DNA of 64,000 nt, from assembly GCA_963754535.1 (NCBI GenBank), contig CAVWGG010000021.1:19919-83918 (forward strand). The letters are read 5' to 3'. Position 1 is the first letter of the stretch. Each line of letters starts with the position of its first letter. The position numbers were made by a program, and so were the translations under genes. The stretch is from an uncultured Gammaproteobacteria bacterium. GTDB taxonomy: Bacteria; Pseudomonadota; Gammaproteobacteria; Steroidobacterales; Steroidobacteraceae. This document shows, one piece after another, positions 61,957-64,000 of the stretch. The notes under the pieces were generated by a model. It was not told where the DNA came from, made no database searches, and saw nothing but the letters and a program-made list of their open reading frames with translations.

Positions 61957-64000
61957 ATGTCGTCAGGGCGGGCAATGAACGATGGCCTGAAGAAGCGTGA
62001 ACGGTTCGGCTCCGGCTGGACCGGAGCCGTTGCCGTGAGCCTGTTCGTCTACGTCGCCATCGCCATCGTGCTGATCCTGGCCGACGAAGGCGGATGGCCG
62101 TGGCTCGACGTCTTCAACCTGTATTCCGATTCGGTCGCGAGCATCGCCGTGGCCATCCTGACCGGGGCAGCGGCGCGTGGCTCTGCCGAGCCGGCCGCAC
62201 GCCGCACCTGGTGGCTGCTCACGGCCGCGCTCGGCGTCTACAGCGTCGGTAACCTGCTGCATTCGACCTACTGGCTGTACGGGGTCGACCCCTTCCCGTC
62301 GATCGGCGACTTCTTCTTCCTGGGTTTCTACCCGCTCGTCTTCGCTGCGGTGCTGACGGTGATCCGGACGGCTGCAGTTCGCGTGCAATGGGCCCGGCTC
62401 GGGCTCGACACCGCGATCCTCATGCTGGGGTTCGGCGCGTTCTTCTGGTTCTTCGTGATCGCGCCGACAGCGGACGCCCAGCGCGACCCGAACGTGCTCA
62501 AGTATGTGCTGGCGCAGGCTTACATCGCCCTCAACTGCCTGATGCTGCTCGCCTGCGGCGTGCTGCTGATGCACTCCGGCGCCACGCCCATCCGGCGCCG
62601 GGCCCTGATGCTGCTCACGCTCGGCTTCTCGTCGATGTCACTGGCCGACATCGTCTGGGCCATGTCCAAGGTGGACGGCAGCTACATTCCGGGCAGCGTC
62701 TCGGACGTCATCTACCTGTCCTGCTACATCTGGCTCGCAGCCGCCGCGCGTGAGCAGCTGCGTGGCAGGGGTCGCGCGCGCCACGCCCCGAGCGCGCTCA
62801 GCACCGCGCTCATCGAGGGCATGCCCTACATCGCGATGATGATGTCGTTCATGGTGCTCGTGTACGTGGAGAGCAGCACTGCCGCCAGCCCCGTGAACAC
62901 CATGACCGTCATCATTTTCGTGCTGACCTCGCTGGTCATGGTGCGCCAGGGCGTGCTCTCGCGCGACGACGCACTCCTGCGCGAGCGCCGCGCGGCCGGT
63001 CTCGTCGAGGCCCGCTATGCGTCGCTGATCAAGAACGCCTCGGACGTGATCATGATCACCAACGCCGAGGGGATACTGCAATTCGCATCACCGGCCGCCG
63101 AACGCACCTTTGCGACCCACCCGGACGACATGGTGGGCCGGAACCTGCTCGATCGCTGGATGGACGGGGACAATGAGCGCCTGGCCGCGTTCCTCGCCGA
63201 GGTGTCGGCAACGAAAGGCCGCGTCGTCGGACCGATCGAGCTGGTCGTCGAAACCGGCGAACGGCGCAGCACCCTCGAGTGCGTCGGCAGCAACCTGATG
63301 GACGACCCGGCCATCGCCGGGCTGGCGCTGAACTTCCGCGACGTCAGCGAACGCAAGACGCTGGAGGAGCAACTGCGCAAGCTGGCCTTCCACGACCCGC
63401 TGACGCTGCTCGCCAATCGCAGCCTGTTCTGGAACCGGGTCGAGCACGCCCTGACGCTGGCGCAGCGGTCGCAACAGCAAGTGGCCGTCATGTTCCTCGA
63501 CCTCGACAACTTCAAGAACGTGAACGACTCGCTCGGACACGATGCCGGCGACCGCCTGCTGCAGGCGGCGGCGCAACGACTGGTCAAGTCGACCCGGCCT
63601 TCCGACACCGTGGCACGCCTCGGTGGCGACGAATTCGCGATCCTGCTCGAGGGCATTCGCAGCGATACGGACGTCGAGCGCATCGCCGTCCCGATCACGG
63701 CCGCGTTCAACCGTCCCCTGCTGGTGGACGGCAGGGAAACCGATGCCACGGCGAGCATCGGGGCGGCCTGCTCGCAACCCGGCGACGACGCGGAGCAATT
63801 GCTGCGCAAGGCCGACATCGCCATGTACAACGCGAAGGCCGCCGGCAAGGCACGCTGCGTCCTGTTCCAGCCGCACATGCAGGAACAGCTGCACGACCGC
63901 TTGCGACTGGAGCACGACATCGACCTTGCCTTCGCACGCAACGAATTTTTCGTCGAGTTCCAGCCGGTCGTCGACCTGACCAGCCGCGAGTTGCTCGGCG
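61957..64000 (+). CDS. membrane sensor diguanylate cyclase/phosphodiesterase (multi-TM N-domain, PAS, GGDEF, start of EAL); runs off the right edge
   Basis: Absent from the ORF track because there is no stop in the window. My translation from the ATG at 61957 reads MSSGRAMNDGLKKRERFGSGWTGAVAVSLFVYVAIAIVLIL.... Further on: YASLIKNASDVIMITNAEG (PAS), RLGGDEFAILL (GGDEF), and ...EFFVEFQPVVDL (EAL start). Confidence 0.88.
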   Translation, partial: MSSGRAMNDGLKKRERFGSGWTGAVAVSLFVYVAIAIVLILADEGGWPWLDVFNLYSDSVASIAVAILTGAAARGSAEPAARRTWWLLTAALGVYSVGNLLHSTYWLYGVDPFPSIGDFFFLGFYPLVFAAVLTVIRTAAVRVQWARLGLDTAILMLGFGAFFWFFVIAPTADAQRDPNVLKYVLAQAYIALNCLMLLACGVLLMHSGATPIRRRALMLLTLGFSSMSLADIVWAMSKVDGSYIPGSVSDVIYLSCYIWLAAAAREQLRGRGRARHAPSALSTALIEGMPYIAMMMSFMVLVYVESSTAASPVNTMTVIIFVLTSLVMVRQGVLSRDDALLRERRAAGLVEARYASLIKNASDVIMITNAEGILQFASPAAERTFATHPDDMVGRNLLDRWMDGDNERLAAFLAEVSATKGRVVGPIELVVETGERRSTLECVGSNLMDDPAIAGLALNFRDVSERKTLEEQLRKLAFHDPLTLLANRSLFWNRVEHALTLAQRSQQQVAVMFLDLDNFKNVNDSLGHDAGDRLLQAAAQRLVKSTRPSDTVARLGGDEFAILLEGIRSDTDVERIAVPITAAFNRPLLVDGRETDATASIGAACSQPGDDAEQLLRKADIAMYNAKAAGKARCVLFQPHMQEQLHDRLRLEHDIDLAFARNEFFVEFQPVVDLTSRELLG

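Noticed and set aside
1-64000. Search for mobile elements, CRISPR arrays, tRNA/rRNA genes, phage or defence-system genes that might mark an island
   Set aside because: I saw no direct-repeat arrays, no transposase, integrase or recombinase-like ORFs, no cloverleaf-like tRNA candidates in the short intergenic regions, and no nuclease, helicase or NTPase defence-type genes. The window looks like core or ameliorated chromosome.

Overview
High-GC (judged by eye, not computed) chromosomal window from a Gram-negative, most likely proteobacterial genome. It is almost fully coding, with about 58 protein genes. I found no rRNA, tRNA, CRISPR array, IS element, integrase, phage gene or toxin-antitoxin pair. 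Because of the GC content, the six-frame track is full of long antisense and read-through ORFs. I chose real genes by recognisable protein families, GC3 bias, ribosome-binding sites and 1-4 nt start/stop coupling, and I trimmed many track ORFs to internal starts. Two genes run off the window edges and are absent from the track: actP on the left and a GGDEF-EAL gene on the right.

Left to right:
- yjcH-actP, a saccharopine-dehydrogenase-like reductase, a MAPEG protein, a MASE1 hybrid histidine kinase and an S10 carboxypeptidase.
- nadB-nadA.
- Two TonB-dependent receptors flanking a TPR-sulfotransferase.
- An mtnP-mtnA-class II aldolase trio, which matches the composition of the DHAP shunt.
- A GDPD phosphodiesterase, a flavodoxin-like protein and an FcbT-type TRAP transporter.
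- Two APC permeases.
- A ZnuA/ZnuB-like metal uptake cluster with a porin-like outer-membrane protein but no ATPase.
- A roughly 19.5 kb same-strand gene array (30654-50190). It includes a two-lobed retropepsin-like protease, an unusual TerB-like/HIRAN-like/TM/HExxH-peptidase fusion, and an 11-gene orphan catabolic operon (two transaminases, an ALDH, a CoA-transferase, a crotonase, an acyl-CoA ligase, exported hydrolases and transporters).
- A complete Thermus-order V/A-type ATPase operon (G/H-I-K-E-C-F-A-B-D).
- A bacterial caleosin homologue preceded by a collapsed mini-CBS ORF, then pbpG, then a membrane GGDEF-EAL protein.

Best candidates for something undescribed:
- the TerB/HIRAN/peptidase fusion;
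- the orphan amine/acyl-CoA operon downstream of it;
- the caleosin plus mini-CBS pair;
- the laterally acquired-looking V/A-ATPase.

All family assignments come from motif recognition by eye and need profile searches to confirm.
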